The notes under the pieces: model-generated | Seen by the model: the letters and a program-made list of their open reading frames with translations, nothing else | Databases searched by the model: none | Told to the model about the DNA's origin: nothing | Translations under genes and position numbers: made by a program | Part shown: piece by piece, positions 6,554-14,016 of the stretch | Numbering within the stretch: position 1 is the stretch's first letter | Layout of the letters: each line of letters starts with the position of its first letter | DNA from: a virus | Virus record (IMG/VR): IMGVR_UViG_3300011442_000006 | Span: 1-45,030 of that record | Strand: one strand, 5' to 3' | Length of the DNA stretch: 45,030 bases

Positions 6554-7114
6554 ATGGGGGCGCCCTTGTCGATCATTGGAGTGGTGTACGGACGCTTCAC
6601 CGTCCTAGCGGAGGCTGGATTTCACACCACTCCAAATGGAACGCAGTTTCGGCTGGTCAAGTGTCGGTGTGAGTGCGGAAACGTTAAGACGGTTCGTGCG
6701 AATGACCTTCGGTCAGGTCGTACCGTTTCCTGCGGCTGCTTTCACGCGGACGTCATGGCCACGGTACAGATTGACCGTCATGAAGTTCACGGTCTCGCTA
6801 AAGACAGCGGCAAGCACTATCTGTACGTGTGCTGGTCTCACATCAAGGCACGGTGTTTGAACCCAGATCATCCCGATTACGTCAACTATGGCGGGCGGGG
6901 TATTGCGATGTGGATCGCATGGCAGAAGGACCCCTGTGCGTTCTACTCCTACATTCTCAAGGAACTGGGAGAGCGGCCAACTGGATACAGCATCGACCGC
7001 AAAGATAATAATCGAGGGTACGAGCCCGGCAACTTACGGTGGGCTACGGACGATCAACAGAGGCGGAATAGACGTCCACCGTCTGAGTGGCGAAAACGAA
7101 AGGCGGTTGCGTGA
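6554..7114 (+). CDS. AP2/HNH-associated DNA-binding protein of the phage 'HNH endonuclease' type (186 aa)
   Basis: YGRFTV...CRCECG...SCGC, then YxxWxxIKARCLNP...YVNYGGRGI...YSIDRKDNNRGYEPGNLRWAT. This is the block pattern common in phage stand-alone endonuclease-like proteins. Confidence 0.65.
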   Translation: MGAPLSIIGVVYGRFTVLAEAGFHTTPNGTQFRLVKCRCECGNVKTVRANDLRSGRTVSCGCFHADVMATVQIDRHEVHGLAKDSGKHYLYVCWSHIKARCLNPDHPDYVNYGGRGIAMWIAWQKDPCAFYSYILKELGERPTGYSIDRKDNNRGYEPGNLRWATDDQQRRNRRPPSEWRKRKAVA

Positions 7115-7542
7115 TGGCGACCAAACGGCGACTCCCCGACAAGCTCTTCACACTGAAAGAGTGCGATATTCAGAAGGCATGCGAGGACCTATTGCAATGG
7201 GATGGCTGGCGCATCTTCCGGCTTGAGCAAAACTGGAGTGAGAAGAAATGTAAGGACGTGGGCGAAGCTGGGGCCCCGGATTGTCTAGCGATCCGATATG
7301 TCGGCGAGAGCATGGCCCCAACAGGGATGCGTCTCGATACAAACCTGCAAGCGTTGAGCCAGGTGCTGATGGTCGAATGGAAGCGGCCAGGCGGCAAGGC
7401 CGCGCAACGTCAAAGCGACTGGCATTTGCTCGAGCGGAAACGCGGGGCCCTCGTCTGGTTGGCCGGGGTAGAATTCCCGGCATCCGTCGACGGCTTTCTG
7501 GCACATTACCGAGCGAGCGGTCTCAATCGGCGGCCGATATGA
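7114..7542 (+). CDS. VRR-NUC domain nuclease (142 aa)
   Basis: ECDIQKACEDLLQWDGWRIFR...GAPDCLAI...MVEWKRPGGKAAQRQSDW matches the PD-(D/E)xK VRR-NUC pattern. ATG 7114 overlaps the upstream TGA. Confidence 0.7.
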   Translation: MATKRRLPDKLFTLKECDIQKACEDLLQWDGWRIFRLEQNWSEKKCKDVGEAGAPDCLAIRYVGESMAPTGMRLDTNLQALSQVLMVEWKRPGGKAAQRQSDWHLLERKRGALVWLAGVEFPASVDGFLAHYRASGLNRRPI

Positions 7543-7850
7543 TTTACACCGCACGGGAAATGCTCGCTACGGCCCGAATGGTGGAGGAGAAGTTTGGATT
7601 CATCGTCGTAGGGGTCAAGAAAGGATTCGATATCTATGAACCGGGGTCGATCATCGCGGCGATTTGGGGAGTAGACCTCCCGGACGACATAGCTTTCACC
7701 GTGCTTGAGTGGGGATCGATTGCGGATTGGCGCCGACAGGGTTTGTTTCTTTTTAAGCGAACCGGCAAGCTGGTTGCGAATGTAAACGAGGAGCCGAACG
7801 CTCGTTTCGTAAAACTGAGACGGGTTGCAAATGGCGCCAAGGTCGGGTAG
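7539..7850 (+). CDS. hypothetical protein (103 aa)
   Basis: ATG 7539 overlaps the upstream stop (ATGA). The upstream part of track ORF 7281-7850 is an Arg-rich shadow frame. Confidence 0.55.
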   Translation: MIYTAREMLATARMVEEKFGFIVVGVKKGFDIYEPGSIIAAIWGVDLPDDIAFTVLEWGSIADWRRQGLFLFKRTGKLVANVNEEPNARFVKLRRVANGAKVG

Positions 7851-7879
7851 AGTAGCAACGTCGCCAAACGACAACTAGA

Positions 7880-8731
7880 ATGCCGGTCCAGCGGGAGTAC
7901 TTCACTACTCCCGCCCCGGCGCTCCGTGAAGGGAGCTTTTTGATACTTTACAAAATTACGGATTGGAATAAGCGCTTCGAAAACCATCGCAGTCGCGAGT
8001 TGCGGCGTATGGATTGGGTTCCCCTTCCAAATGAGATGGATAGCGACGAATACACCGAACTGATAGACGACCCCCAAGGCGCCTCTTTCCTGGGGGTATG
8101 GCTCGCCCTCATTCTCCTGGCCTCTAAGTGCGAACCGAGGGGAACTTTGGTACGTTCTGGCGGTCGGCCGCACGATCCCGCGTCAATCTCGCGGATATCC
8201 CGCATCGATCTCGCGGTTTGTCGCGACGCCATCGCGAAAATCCGCGAGGTTGGATGGCTCACCGCCGAAGTCTATGAAAACAGCGACGTTGCGGAATCCC
8301 GCGACGATCTCGCGGAAAGTCGCGGCGATCTCGCGGAAAACCGTGCTACAGGGAAGGGAAGGGAAGGGAACGGAACCGAAGGGAACGGAACGGAACGCGC
8401 GTGCGTGCTCCTGGACGATTTCGGGAAATTCGCGGAAATGAGCCATGCTGCGGAATTGACCGCCAGCGAGACGGACATGGACGCCGCCCGCTTCGAGTGG
8501 AACCGCCTAGACTTCCAGCAGAAAATAGACGCCGTCAGGGGCCTTTCCGAGCGGATAGCGGCTGGTGAGTTTTCGGACCCGGCGTTTCGGCCACTCCCGC
8601 AGAATTATCTCAAAAGGCGTATTTGGCAGCGGGTCGTACGCGAAAAGCAGGCTGGTCCAGGGGAAAGAGATAGGGCTAAACGTCGGGAAGTACTAGAGTT
8701 ATCCAAATACATAGGAGGGCTGAAAAAGTGA
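7880..8731 (+). CDS. putative replication initiator / replisome organiser (283 aa)
   Basis: The N-terminal winged-helix-like block WVPLPNEMDSDEYTELIDDPQGASFLGVWLALILLASK is typical of phage replication proteins. The gene contains iteron-like repeats internally, as lambda O does. Confidence 0.5.
   Translation: MPVQREYFTTPAPALREGSFLILYKITDWNKRFENHRSRELRRMDWVPLPNEMDSDEYTELIDDPQGASFLGVWLALILLASKCEPRGTLVRSGGRPHDPASISRISRIDLAVCRDAIAKIREVGWLTAEVYENSDVAESRDDLAESRGDLAENRATGKGREGNGTEGNGTERACVLLDDFGKFAEMSHAAELTASETDMDAARFEWNRLDFQQKIDAVRGLSERIAAGEFSDPAFRPLPQNYLKRRIWQRVVREKQAGPGERDRAKRREVLELSKYIGGLKK
8186..8336. repeat. Iteron cluster: (G)ATCTCGCGG x4 in two pairs with 21-bp phasing, plus related inverted copies; candidate origin
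   Basis: Copies are at 8186-8194, 8207-8216, 8306-8315 and 8327-8336. Related elements are TCGCGAcgccaTCGCGA (8221-8237) and CCGCGAcgatcTCGCGG (8299-8315). Confidence 0.55.
8351..8396 (+). repeat. Purine-only tract (GGGAA)n/(GGAAC)n next to the iterons
   Basis: gggaagggaagggaagggaacggaaccgaagggaacggaacggaacg. It is strongly strand-asymmetric and encodes GKGREGNGTEGNGTE. Confidence 0.85.
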
Positions 8732-9102
8732 CGCACGAAGAGGCTGGTTTGGTGGTCGAGGCAATGGCGGCGATACCGTATTTCCCACGGGACGGGGCCG
8801 CTAAAGCCATGGTTGCAGCCGAGTTAGTGGATATGGTCGAAACGATCGAGCAAGGTATGTGGCTGGCCCGGCGATATGCCCGGCTTTACGAGGAATGGAA
8901 AGGGCTCGGGGAAATGCGGGCGGTGTACTGCTCGAAATTCCAGCCCCAGGACGGGCTGGAGGCGGTTTCGGCCCTGTACCTCGAAGGGATACCCTCCGAG
9001 CGTGCCACGGCCCCCGTATCGCTAACGTCGCTACCTCCTAAGGGCTCGCCGGTAGCTAAACTACTTGCCGGGGCGGTACGGCGGGTTAAGGCGCTTCCAT
9101 GA
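8728..9102 (+). CDS. hypothetical protein (124 aa)
   Basis: ORF track. GTGA overlap with the upstream stop. Confidence 0.55.
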   Translation: MTHEEAGLVVEAMAAIPYFPRDGAAKAMVAAELVDMVETIEQGMWLARRYARLYEEWKGLGEMRAVYCSKFQPQDGLEAVSALYLEGIPSERATAPVSLTSLPPKGSPVAKLLAGAVRRVKALP

Positions 9103-9374
9103 CTCCGGCCGAGCGGGTGAAACTCTACGACAAAATTGGGGAAGTTCGGGTTGCTCCGCTGAAGAAAAAGACGTATCGGCGCCACGTGGAGCCGGTTGGG
9201 GACGGAAACCCAAAGCCGGGCTGCGTCAAGCCCCATATCCCGAAGCCGATACCTCCGAGCGTGCTGGCGGCGTCGGCGGACGAACTGGTGGCGGCCGGGT
9301 ACGGGAACTGGGAGCGGTCCCGGATACCGGGAGACTGGAAATCAAAGCCACGGGCTCGGGGCGTTGATGAGTAG
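9099..9374 (+). CDS. hypothetical protein (91 aa)
   Basis: ORF track. ATGA overlap with the upstream stop. Confidence 0.55.
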   Translation: MTPAERVKLYDKIGEVRVAPLKKKTYRRHVEPVGDGNPKPGCVKPHIPKPIPPSVLAASADELVAAGYGNWERSRIPGDWKSKPRARGVDE

Positions 9375-9385
9375 TCTAAACCAGA

Positions 9386-9697
9386 ATGAATCGTAGCGAC
9401 TCAGTTCGGCTCTCGACGGTGATAGCGAATATCTACAACCGAATTGGTTCGCAGGTATCGAACGAAATCGTTGTAGCGGCTCTGGCGTGCCCGGTATGTC
9501 ACGCCAGGGCGGATGAAGGATGCACGGGGCAGTACGGCACGCGAAGCCGGTCTAACCTGCATGCGGATCGGCGAGTAGCGGCCCGGCAAGTGTTGAAATC
9601 CGAGGCGTGGGTCAAGTTCAGGGATGAACTAAAGGCCCGGCTGATCGACCGAGAATTAGAGGAGTACGGCATATTCCGATTACTCGAAAAGCTATAA
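9386..9697 (+). CDS. hypothetical zinc-finger protein (103 aa)
   Basis: CPVCHARADEGC...H motif. ATG lies 8 nt after TAGTCT. Confidence 0.55.
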   Translation: MNRSDSVRLSTVIANIYNRIGSQVSNEIVVAALACPVCHARADEGCTGQYGTRSRSNLHADRRVAARQVLKSEAWVKFRDELKARLIDRELEEYGIFRLLEKL

Positions 9698-9750
9698 GGA
9701 AACGCCGACCCGGGCCCCCACGCCGGGGCCGAGTCGTCAATCCGAAGTAC

Positions 9751-10011
9751 ATGGCTTGGATGCATGAGACGCAGGCCTGCCTCGTTACCGGCACTATCCG
9801 GTTGCTCGAATTTCACCACGTGCGAAAGCATGCCGGCGACCAGAAAGACGACACACGCGGGGTAATGCTCACGGTTGGGTATCATCGGATCGGCGTCGAC
9901 GCGGTCGAAACGATCGGCGATCGCCGGTTTCAGGAGAAGTTCGACGTGGACTTCGAGGCGGAAATCAAGCGGTGTAACGCGGAGTATGTGGCGCAGGGTG
10001 GGAAGCTGTGA
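9751..10011 (+). CDS. DUF968/Ref-like HNH-fold protein (tentative; 86 aa from first ATG)
   Basis: YMAWMHETQACLVTG...EFHHVRKHAG...D resembles the DUF968 pattern. The frame is open and family-like (RKRRPGPPRRGRVVNPKY) back to 9628 without a canonical start. Confidence 0.4.
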   Translation: MAWMHETQACLVTGTIRLLEFHHVRKHAGDQKDDTRGVMLTVGYHRIGVDAVETIGDRRFQEKFDVDFEAEIKRCNAEYVAQGGKL

Positions 10012-10253
10012 TCGACGAAGCTCTGGCGAAGAAGTTACGGCTGCAAGGGATCAGTAAGCACGCGCGGCCGGCATTCTTCCAGGGACATCGAATCGACCGC
10101 AACGCGAACTTTACCCACCATTGTTGCTGGCTCTGTGGACGTTGGGAGCCGTGCGAGATGGAGCAATGCGACCATGCGGTATGTGTTCGAATCCTTCCGT
10201 GTTGTGACCCGAACGTGATCGAACGGCAGGGTAAGCGGAAGGCGAAGCGATGA
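10008..10253 (+). CDS. Cys/His-rich small protein (81 aa), Com-like position upstream of the Mom-like gene
   Basis: HHCCWLCGRWEPCEMEQCDHAVCVRILPCC. The GTGA overlap is at the 5' end and the ATGA overlap with the Mom-like gene is at the 3' end. Confidence 0.5.
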   Translation: MIDEALAKKLRLQGISKHARPAFFQGHRIDRNANFTHHCCWLCGRWEPCEMEQCDHAVCVRILPCCDPNVIERQGKRKAKR

Positions 10254-10825
10254 ATCAGGGGAATCTTTTCGGGATCGACGGCATGAGCACGGGCGAGCTA
10301 CTGGCTGAGAATCACTACCTTGGTCAATCGCAGCGAGGGCAGACGTATCGAGATGAACACGGCGTCATGATGTTCGCGAATCCGTCGTCTCGCCGGCTAC
10401 CTCAACACTCATGGCTCGAACTGGTGCGATGGTGTATCGTCGACCGGGAGAAAAACGCCGGCTCGCGGCAGTGGGGCAAGGTGCGACTGTGGCTGTTGCG
10501 AGAGTTTCCAGAGGTAACGACAATCGTTAGTTACAGCGATCCCGCAGCGGGACATACGGGCTCGCTATACCGGGCTTGCAACTGGCTTTGGGCGCCGACA
10601 TGGCATCGGTTGCGACCACCGCCGAGCGGAAACGGTTCATGGACGGACGGTAAGCGGCAGGAGGTAAAAGACCGCTGGGTTTTCCCTCTGAGAAAATCGT
10701 CGGAGCGGGCGTCTATTCTGGCGATCAACGATGAAGGCGTTCGGGCAGCGATGCCGTGGGCGGAGTTTCAGGAGAAGCGGGGCGGCGATTATAAACGGTG
10801 GCTCGCAGGGGTCACAAGACCGTGA
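10250..10825 (+). CDS. Mom-like GNAT-fold DNA-modification enzyme candidate (191 aa)
   Basis: NHYLG...LELVRWCI...NAGSRQWG...IVSYSDPAAGHTGSLYRACNWLW parallels Mu Mom blocks HYSRS / LELNRM / NAES / LLSFSDGKEGNVGYIYQATNWLY. The Mu sequence is recalled from memory. Confidence 0.6.
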   Translation: MNQGNLFGIDGMSTGELLAENHYLGQSQRGQTYRDEHGVMMFANPSSRRLPQHSWLELVRWCIVDREKNAGSRQWGKVRLWLLREFPEVTTIVSYSDPAAGHTGSLYRACNWLWAPTWHRLRPPPSGNGSWTDGKRQEVKDRWVFPLRKSSERASILAINDEGVRAAMPWAEFQEKRGGDYKRWLAGVTRP

Positions 10826-10995
10826 GGCGAAAGAAGAAAGTAAAACGGCCCCTCCCGCCATCGTGCAGAGCGTGCGGCTTCTCTGGTCAGATTTATGATG
10901 AAAGGTTGGAAGCAGTACGCTTTTGCTCTTGCCCGCTTGGTATCTGGAGAAAACAGCAATGGCAGAGAAGACAGTACCTCACAGCGGAAAGATGA
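10822..10995 (+). CDS. hypothetical small Cys-rich protein (57 aa)
   Basis: GTG 10822 overlaps the upstream TGA (GTGA). CRACG...CSCPLG motif with a basic N-terminus. Confidence 0.4.
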   Translation: MRRKKKVKRPLPPSCRACGFSGQIYDERLEAVRFCSCPLGIWRKQQWQRRQYLTAER

Positions 10996-11144
10996 AACGA
11001 GAGCGGTGTTACAGCATTCCAACCAAAGACGGGGAGTCGACAATCCGGATCAGGGCATCGAAGCGGCCGACCGGCAAAACCCTCAAGGCTCTACAAAACT
11101 TGTTCGCCGTAGCTCTGAAGAACTTGACCGATTGCGCCCAATAA
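10992..11144 (+). CDS. hypothetical small protein (50 aa)
   Basis: ATG 10992 overlaps the upstream TGA (ATGA). Alternative in-frame starts are at 10959 and 10923. Confidence 0.4.
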   Translation: MKRERCYSIPTKDGESTIRIRASKRPTGKTLKALQNLFAVALKNLTDCAQ

Positions 11145-11170
11145 GATACCCTGTGCTCTAAAGTATAAGC

Positions 11171-11674
11171 ATGGACCCCGGTTACAAATTCCCAAAGACG
11201 GGCGGCCGTAAAAAAGGCACGCCCAACAAGAAAATAACCAGTCTCAAAGAACTGATCGCCAAGTACGAGAAGAGCCCAGAAGTGCTCATGCTCGAAATTA
11301 TCAACAATACTCTGGCGTGTGGCGTGTGCCGCGGCAAGAAGCGGACGCCGTACATTCTCCCGGCCACGCCGATGCAGAAATGCCCGAATTGCAAGCACGT
11401 CGCCGAGGGCTCGAAAAAGTTCATCGTGTGCCCCAATTGCAAATACGAGCCAGAGATCCGGACGGCTCTGAGAAAGTGCATGTCCTGTCTCGGGACGACG
11501 CGCGAGAACTGCAACCCCTCGCTACGCGGGGCGATGGCGGCCGAACTGATGGGCTACATCTACGCTAAGCGGAAGGCAATCGAAGTATCAGCCGGCGAGG
11601 ATGAGGACGGCGACAAGATACCGTTGACAGTGCACGTCAATTTCGTGAAACCCGCTCCCGCGGCGGAATCGTAG
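11171..11674 (+). CDS. putative terminase small subunit with zinc-ribbon insert (167 aa)
   Basis: The N-terminal KTGGRKKGTPNKK motif is typical of small terminases. It lies directly upstream of terL. Internal CGVC...CPNC...CPNC...CMSC motifs. Confidence 0.5.
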   Translation: MDPGYKFPKTGGRKKGTPNKKITSLKELIAKYEKSPEVLMLEIINNTLACGVCRGKKRTPYILPATPMQKCPNCKHVAEGSKKFIVCPNCKYEPEIRTALRKCMSCLGTTRENCNPSLRGAMAAELMGYIYAKRKAIEVSAGEDEDGDKIPLTVHVNFVKPAPAAES

Positions 11675-11808
11675 CACGAATTGGTAAGCATGAGAGCCAC
11701 CTGCCGGGAACCGGCTTTAAAGGACTTAGTAACGGTTTCACCGGGAAAACACTTTCGGCCCGAGCCGGGCATTGCTGGCATTCCTCCGGCGACTCCGTAG
11801 CACGATTC

Positions 11809-13125
11809 ATGCGATCTAAAGGTCTTAGGATCGACGCCCAATTTCCCGAAAAGCTTCAATGCCTATTCGAGCCCGAGTGGCAGTACATCGTCGCCAAGGG
11901 CGGCCGGGGCGGGGCGAAGTCGTGGGCATTCGCGCGGGCTCTACTGATCAAGGCAAGCGATAAGCGTCTACGCTGGCTCTGCGCCCGCGAGACCATGATC
12001 AGCATCAAGGACTCGGTCCACGCTCTATTGCGGGACCAGGTCGAGCGGATGGGCTTGCAGCGTGAGTTCGAGATAGGCGAGCGGATCATTCGATCGCGGC
12101 ATGGCTCAGAGATCACCTTCGCCGGGCTCAAGCACAATGTGCAGAACATCAAGAGCTATGAGGGCGCCGATGGCTGTTGGATCGAGGAGGCTCAGACGCT
12201 CTCCATGGATTCGTGGAACACGCTCGACCCGACCATCCGAAAAGCGGGCTCGCAAATCTGGATCAGCTATAACCCGACGTTTGAGACAGACGCCGTACAC
12301 CAGCTTTTCGTAATTCAAGAGCCCCCGCCGCGGACGATTGTGGTCGACATTGGTTGGGAGGACAATCCATGGTTCCCGGAAGAACTTGAGATTAAACGCC
12401 GGCAGATGCTGAAGGTCAACCCGGTGCTCTATACGCATATCTGGGGCGGCAAGTGCCGGTCGACGATCGAGGGCGCCGTATTCGGCAAAGAGATCGAGAA
12501 GGCGATGGAAAAAGGGCAGATGTCAGACTGGCCCCACGATCCACGCCGGCCGGTCAACACGTACTGGGATCTGGGATTCGGCGACAAATGCGCGATCTGG
12601 TTCGTGCAGAGCTACGGCGGGTACTACTATTTCATCGACTACGTGGAATCGAAGGGCGAAACAATCGAGTGGTACGTGAGGCACTTGCGGACTAAGGAAT
12701 ACAACTACGGCGAGCACTGGATACCGCACGATGGCGTGGACGCGGAGATTCACAAAAAGTTCGTCAATTCGAAGGACAAGAGCCCGGAGATGGTCATGCG
12801 AGAGCTTGGGCTCAATGTGCGGATCGCGGCGAAGAATCTGGTGTCGATCGGGATCGACGCGGCGAGGACAATCTTTCCGCTCTGCCGCTTCAACACCGAT
12901 AACTGCGAAGCAGGCCTCAGGGCTCTGAGGATGTACCAATGGGGTCCGCCATCGAAGACCGGGGTTATCAAGCGAGAGCCGTTGCACGATGACGCCAGCC
13001 ACGGGGCCGACGCGTTTCGTACTGCGGCGATGCGGTTAAAGCAACCGGTCAAGGAAGAGGAAAAGAAGCCGCCTCTGCCCCCGCCACGGGTGAAGATACC
13101 GGGCCCGTATAGACCTTTTGGGTAG
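11809..13125 (+). CDS. terL: terminase large subunit (438 aa)
   Basis: Walker A GGRGGAKS and Walker B CWIEEA. The C-terminal nuclease region has WDLGFGD...HD...DDASHGADA. Confidence 0.9.
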   Translation: MRSKGLRIDAQFPEKLQCLFEPEWQYIVAKGGRGGAKSWAFARALLIKASDKRLRWLCARETMISIKDSVHALLRDQVERMGLQREFEIGERIIRSRHGSEITFAGLKHNVQNIKSYEGADGCWIEEAQTLSMDSWNTLDPTIRKAGSQIWISYNPTFETDAVHQLFVIQEPPPRTIVVDIGWEDNPWFPEELEIKRRQMLKVNPVLYTHIWGGKCRSTIEGAVFGKEIEKAMEKGQMSDWPHDPRRPVNTYWDLGFGDKCAIWFVQSYGGYYYFIDYVESKGETIEWYVRHLRTKEYNYGEHWIPHDGVDAEIHKKFVNSKDKSPEMVMRELGLNVRIAAKNLVSIGIDAARTIFPLCRFNTDNCEAGLRALRMYQWGPPSKTGVIKREPLHDDASHGADAFRTAAMRLKQPVKEEEKKPPLPPPRVKIPGPYRPFG

Positions 13126-13133
13126 TTGCGCCA

Positions 13134-13144
13134 TGTGATAGACT
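13134..13144 (+). promoter_or_regulatory. Extended -10 box TGTGATAGACT, 8 nt upstream of ATG 13153 (leaderless)
   Basis: TGTGATAGACT then ggtcgcct then ATG, with no SD. Confidence 0.5.
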
Positions 13145-13152
13145 GGTCGCCT

Positions 13153-13467
13153 ATGAAGACCTTTGAAGAGGCTCTTAGTTTACTCCTGTCGGAAACTCCA
13201 GAGGGCGAAGAGCCTCAGGCTAAGATTGCCAATGTCGACGATTTTGCGGAAGTTGAAGCGATCGGACTCGTTAAGCATTTTGGAATCGTTAAAGAGATCC
13301 AGGAGAGTGAGAGAGCACGCGCTTTCATCCACACATACGTTGCAGAAGTGGGTCCTAATATCGATTTCTCGGTTACCGCGTTAGCTCTTAGCATGTTCGC
13401 CAACGGTGTAATCGTCGGAATGGAGATGAACCGGGTGGAGTTTGATGAGAAAGTGCTCGGCCTGTAA
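13153..13467 (+). CDS. hypothetical acidic protein (104 aa)
   Basis: ATG 13153 is preferred over the TTG at 13126 given in the track because of the promoter box. Confidence 0.55.
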   Translation: MKTFEEALSLLLSETPEGEEPQAKIANVDDFAEVEAIGLVKHFGIVKEIQESERARAFIHTYVAEVGPNIDFSVTALALSMFANGVIVGMEMNRVEFDEKVLGL

Positions 13468-13479
13468 GGCGCAGGTTCG

Positions 13480-13488
13480 TGATAGCAT
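13480..13488 (+). promoter_or_regulatory. Extended -10 box TGATAGCAT, 9 nt upstream of ATG 13498
   Basis: TGATAGCAT then gatgcctat then ATG, with no SD. Confidence 0.45.
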
Positions 13489-13497
13489 GATGCCTAT

Positions 13498-13845
13498 ATG
13501 TATCCAGACAAAACCACGTTGAACCAGGGAATCGAGTCACGGCAGCGGGTCGGATCGAGCGACTCTAGTGCTACTAACTCCACTCTCAAATCGCCAGCCG
13601 CCCCACCGGCGCCGACCGTTGTGATCCAGCTACAGGATCTACTGGCGGGCCTGGTCGACATTCACGCAATGCAGGTTGAGACGATTAGGAACTTTAGCGG
13701 AGAAGGAGCGGTAGAACCTGAAGCGGATCGGGGAAAGGATCGAGAGAGCCCGCAGGGCGTCGACCGCTTGCTTGAGATGACGGCCCACTACGTCGAAATG
13801 ATCACTCGCAATGCTTGCGTTCTGCGGCAACGGGTCGGCGGATAG
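13498..13845 (+). CDS. hypothetical protein (115 aa)
   Basis: ORF track. Confidence 0.55.
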   Translation: MYPDKTTLNQGIESRQRVGSSDSSATNSTLKSPAAPPAPTVVIQLQDLLAGLVDIHAMQVETIRNFSGEGAVEPEADRGKDRESPQGVDRLLEMTAHYVEMITRNACVLRQRVGG

Positions 13846-13851
13846 TATAAT
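13843..13851 (+). promoter_or_regulatory. TAGTATAAT box (stop codon fused to a consensus -10), 6 nt upstream of ATG 13858
   Basis: TAG stop of the upstream gene plus TATAAT, then ccctgc, then ATG. Confidence 0.5.
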
Positions 13852-13857
13852 CCCTGC

Positions 13858-13989
13858 ATGCCACACGCCCTACACGAGAAACTGAAGAAGCAGTACGGGG
13901 AAAAGAGCAAGATCCCGTACAAGATCCTGGCCAGCCTCGACAAAAAGCACGGCAATGGCGTCGCCGGCATGATGCGACGTAAAAAGTAG
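13858..13989 (+). CDS. small Lys-rich protein (43 aa), not in the ORF track
   Basis: My translation is MPHALHEKLKKQYGEKSKIPYKILASLDKKHGNGVAGMMRRKK. Third-position GC is very high, like the genuine genes here. Confidence 0.5.
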   Translation: MPHALHEKLKKQYGEKSKIPYKILASLDKKHGNGVAGMMRRKK

Positions 13990-14016
13990 TACAATCGCCG
14001 GAAAGGAGAATTACCG

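Noticed and set aside
7281-7538. The long N-terminal extension of ORF 7281-7850, and similar extensions at 31617, 21793, 36179, 29040, 27434 and 24840.
   Set aside because: The upstream parts overlap preceding genes in Arg-rich frames. Internal ATGs sit at ATGA/TAATG coupling sites or behind promoter boxes.
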